Shown: in pieces, positions 9,034 through 11,042 of the stretch
Layout: each line of letters starts with the position of its first letter
Position numbering within the stretch: the stretch's first letter is position 1
From: Candidatus Aenigmatarchaeota archaeon
GTDB taxonomy: Archaea > EX4484-52
Direction of reading: 5' to 3'
Length of the DNA stretch: 11,042 bases
Assembly: GCA_023137195.1 (NCBI GenBank)
Contig: JAGLPV010000023.1
Span: forward strand, 1 to 11,042
The notes under the pieces: model-generated
The model's input: the letters and a program-made list of their open reading frames with translations, nothing else
What the model was told of the DNA's origin: nothing
Databases searched by the model: none
Made by a program: the position numbers and the translations under genes

Positions 9034-9092
9034 GCACAGATAATTGAAAATATACAAATCTCGTGGAAATCTGTGGATTAAGTCGGTTCCTG

Positions 9093-9221
9093 TGGGTTAT
9101 TCAATGAAATTGAATATGCAAAAAAGCTCTACTTCATCTGTCTTTGACAGATGTGCAGAAACTCATAGAGATTTTTCCGCATTTTCGCATCCATGGGTTA
9201 TTCAATGAAATTGAATATGCA
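9093..9221. repeat. Perfect 28-bp direct repeat x2 (TGGGTTATTCAATGAAATTGAATATGCA), period 101, internally palindromic
   Basis: Identical copies at 9093-9120 and 9194-9221, each containing TATTCAAT-GAA-ATTGAATA. Confidence 0.95.
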
Positions 9222-9252
9222 GAAAATATAGAATTTTCTCGCATCCTGTGGA

Positions 9253-10506
9253 TTAAAAATCCAAATCCTCGTCTTCGTCAGGAGAGCCGAATATTTTGTA
9301 CATGAGAGATTTCTTTTTCTTCTTGTTTTCAAGCTCTCTTTTTCTTTGCTTTTCCCATATTGGATTTAGTTTTGCTTCTAATCCTTTTAACTCGCCTTTA
9401 TGGTTGCCTATTCCACATGTGTTTCCAACGCCAAAGACCAGTATTTTTTTTGCATCGCTTTCTTTAATGGAGTTTGTCACTTTCTCTATTACTAAATCTG
9501 AGGCATCAAAGACTTTTTTTACTATTGGAACCGATGCTTCTTCCGGCTTCATCTTAACTACAATGCCGTCTATAGGGATGTCGTTTTTTACTCCTACTTC
9601 CTCTATTTTCGACCTGTCGACACCGATGCCTCCCATCATCACTCCAACTCCTTCTGCAACAGAACCTGTTTTTTCGCCTTCCATTTTTCCTGCTGCATCA
9701 ATGGTGATGATGTAGTCAATCTTCTCTTTTTTGTAAAGTTTTTCTATTGCCTTACCATCTTTTCCTAATGCCGAACCCGGTCCTTCTGCCTTCATTACAA
9801 ATACTGTTTTTCCTCCTATTTTTTCTTTACTTACAATAACATCCTCTTCTATTATCTCTCCTTTTTTTGTCTTCAATCTTGCCGCAACATATGGACCTAT
9901 TGCATCGCCAATTGGAATATTATCCAGGAAAGCTTTTGTTGCAATAACATTTGATTTTGCCATTTTTATCAACATTGGCATGTACATCTGGAGTATAAGC
10001 ATTATCTGTATATTTCCTGTTTTTCTTAGCGTTATTATTAAGTGATTCAATATCTTGTATATCTGGTGCACTCCCATAGCGCCCATTGTCGCAAATTTCA
10101 TATCTTTTTTTTCTTCCTTTTTCAAATCTGGCACCATCTTGTTAATAAAATGGTTAAACCTGTTCTCTGAACGGTCTATCACATGCTCTAGCTTTTTTAA
10201 GATTCCGTACGGGTCTATATCAACTGGTGTAGATATAAAGAATTCCATAAAATTACGGAAATTTTGTTTCATTGACCCGGTTACTGGTTTTTTTGTTTTA
10301 GCTTTTATTTTTTTAAACATCAGACTGGATGCTTTCTCATCCCATTTTTTTATTTTCACTAACTGCGCCTCACATCTCCAGACGGTCTGTAGAATCATTA
10401 TCTTCTGTCCAAAAATCATGAAAATAATAAATATTACATAAAATAATATGTTAATAATACTGTTTCCTTCACTTGGACCAAATAAACCAAATAACATTGT
10501 TTCCAT
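9253..10506 (-). CDS. DUF1512 family archaeal protein (N-terminal TM, conserved C-terminal alpha/beta domain)
   Basis: 'PVDIDPYGILKKLEH', 'PIGDAIGPYVA', 'KAEGPGS', 'ITIDAAGKMEGEKTGSVAEGVG..MGGIG', 'GVGNTCGIG' match DUF1512 (COG4046-like) as I recognise it. Confidence 0.88.
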   Translation of the reverse strand: METMLFGLFGPSEGNSIINILFYVIFIIFMIFGQKIMILQTVWRCEAQLVKIKKWDEKASSLMFKKIKAKTKKPVTGSMKQNFRNFMEFFISTPVDIDPYGILKKLEHVIDRSENRFNHFINKMVPDLKKEEKKDMKFATMGAMGVHQIYKILNHLIITLRKTGNIQIMLILQMYMPMLIKMAKSNVIATKAFLDNIPIGDAIGPYVAARLKTKKGEIIEEDVIVSKEKIGGKTVFVMKAEGPGSALGKDGKAIEKLYKKEKIDYIITIDAAGKMEGEKTGSVAEGVGVMMGGIGVDRSKIEEVGVKNDIPIDGIVVKMKPEEASVPIVKKVFDASDLVIEKVTNSIKESDAKKILVFGVGNTCGIGNHKGELKGLEAKLNPIWEKQRKRELENKKKKKSLMYKIFGSPDEDEDLDF

Positions 10507-10526
10507 TTTCCTTTAAAGGCTGAAGT

Positions 10527-10577
10527 TTTATATATCTTTCTAAATATTTTTATAACCCGTATCACAACATATATAAA
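10527..10577. promoter_or_regulatory. Divergent TATA boxes for DUF1512 (-) and MoxR (+)
   Basis: Minus strand GAAAGA-TATATAAA (10534-10527) lies 21 nt from ATG 10506. Plus strand TATATAAA (10570-10577) lies 23 nt before ATG 10600. Confidence 0.55.
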
Positions 10578-10599
10578 TCTTAATATATATTATTTTATT

Positions 10600-11042
10600 A
10601 TGCCCAAAGCAATACAGCTTTTTGAACCGCCTCCTTTTGATGAACAGGATGCCCTTGATTTTCCATCAATTACAGATGCTAATGTCAATAAAAAAATGCT
10701 TGAAGATTACGCTGTTTATATCACTTATTACAATGGAATGATAACCCAGACAATGAAAGAAGTGCACAAAACAATTATCGGACAGGAAGAGACTGTTAAA
10801 TATATTATGCGCGCAATACTTGCAAATGGTCATGTGCTTTTGGAAGGAGCCCCTGGTGCTGCAAAGACCCTTTTGATTAATTCTTTTGCAATGACTGTGA
10901 GAAATTCTATATTTAAGCGAATACAATTTACGCCAGACTTATTGCCTGCGGATGTAGTTGGATTGACTGCATATAGTCCCGAGAAAGGATTTTATACAGT
11001 AAAAGGTCCCTGCTTTGCAAATTTTCTTTTGGCAGATGAAAT
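10600..11042 (+). CDS. moxR: MoxR-family AAA+ ATPase, 3' end runs off the window
   Basis: Manual translation from ATG 10600: MPKAIQLFEPPPF...IIGQEETVKYIMRAILANGHVLLEGAPGAAKTLL...KRIQFTPDLLPADVVG...KGPCFANFLLADE. This gives Walker A, the MoxR signature RIQFTPDLLP and Walker B. Confidence 0.95.
   Translation, partial: MPKAIQLFEPPPFDEQDALDFPSITDANVNKKMLEDYAVYITYYNGMITQTMKEVHKTIIGQEETVKYIMRAILANGHVLLEGAPGAAKTLLINSFAMTVRNSIFKRIQFTPDLLPADVVGLTAYSPEKGFYTVKGPCFANFLLADE

Larger units (their letters stand above)
8561..9252. other. Inverted-repeat-bounded, highly structured non-coding element (candidate oriC, structured ncRNA or MITE-like element)
   Basis: 8561-8581 TCCACAGGATGTGAGAAAATT matches the reverse complement of 9232-9252 (TCCACAGGATGCGAGAAAATT) at 20/21, with gapped similarity extending about 65 bp. 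The interior has many hairpins and no credible ORF. Confidence 0.75.

Noticed and set aside
9093-9221. CRISPR array from the 28-bp palindromic repeats
   Set aside because: Only two copies, the 73-nt spacer is too long and self-complementary, and there are no cas genes in the window.
8561-9252. Autonomous IS element
   Set aside because: No transposase ORF or remnant and no evident target-site duplication. Only a non-autonomous element remains possible.
8524-9252. tRNA, rRNA, SRP RNA or RNase P RNA in the gap
   Set aside because: The gap is AT-rich with no T-loop GTTCRA cloverleaf, and I recognise no SRP or RNase P conserved motifs.
9072-9255. Bacterial DnaA boxes (TGTGGATTA, 8/9 to the TTATCCACA consensus, at 9072 and 9247)
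   Set aside because: Gene content is archaeal, no box is perfect, and the longer TCCACAGGA motif explains the matches better.
644-10441. Other short ORFs in the track (e.g. 644-874, 912-1295, 2042-2290, 5053-5241, 9296-9715, 10055-10441)
   Set aside because: They overlap longer well-supported CDSs, antisense or out of frame, and show no recognisable motifs.
10666-10926. 86-aa minus-strand ORF
   Set aside because: It is the antisense shadow of the clearly recognisable MoxR gene.

Overview
This AT-rich archaeal chromosomal window is most consistent with a DPANN lineage, inferred from Gins51-type GINS, archaeal MinD, DUF373, DUF1512 and TATA boxes about 21 nt upstream of start codons. Gene order: EamA/DMT transporter (-), DUF373 membrane protein, MinD, GINS, a ~920-aa secreted C-terminally anchored surface protein, a 157-aa membrane protein and a 578-aa coiled-coil protein (all +), then a ~730-bp non-coding gap, DUF1512 (-) and the 5' part of a MoxR AAA+ ATPase (+, absent from the ORF track). 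The standout is the gap between convergent genes (8524-9252). It is bounded by long imperfect inverted repeats and carries six inward-pointing TCCACAGGA-like (ORB-like) boxes. It also holds a diverged ~162-nt tandem duplication of three hairpins with compensatory base-pair changes and a perfect 28-bp palindromic direct repeat. Candidate identities are a cdc6-unlinked replication origin, a large structured ncRNA or a MITE-like element; the sequence alone cannot decide between them. All family calls come from motif recognition by eye, not database searches.
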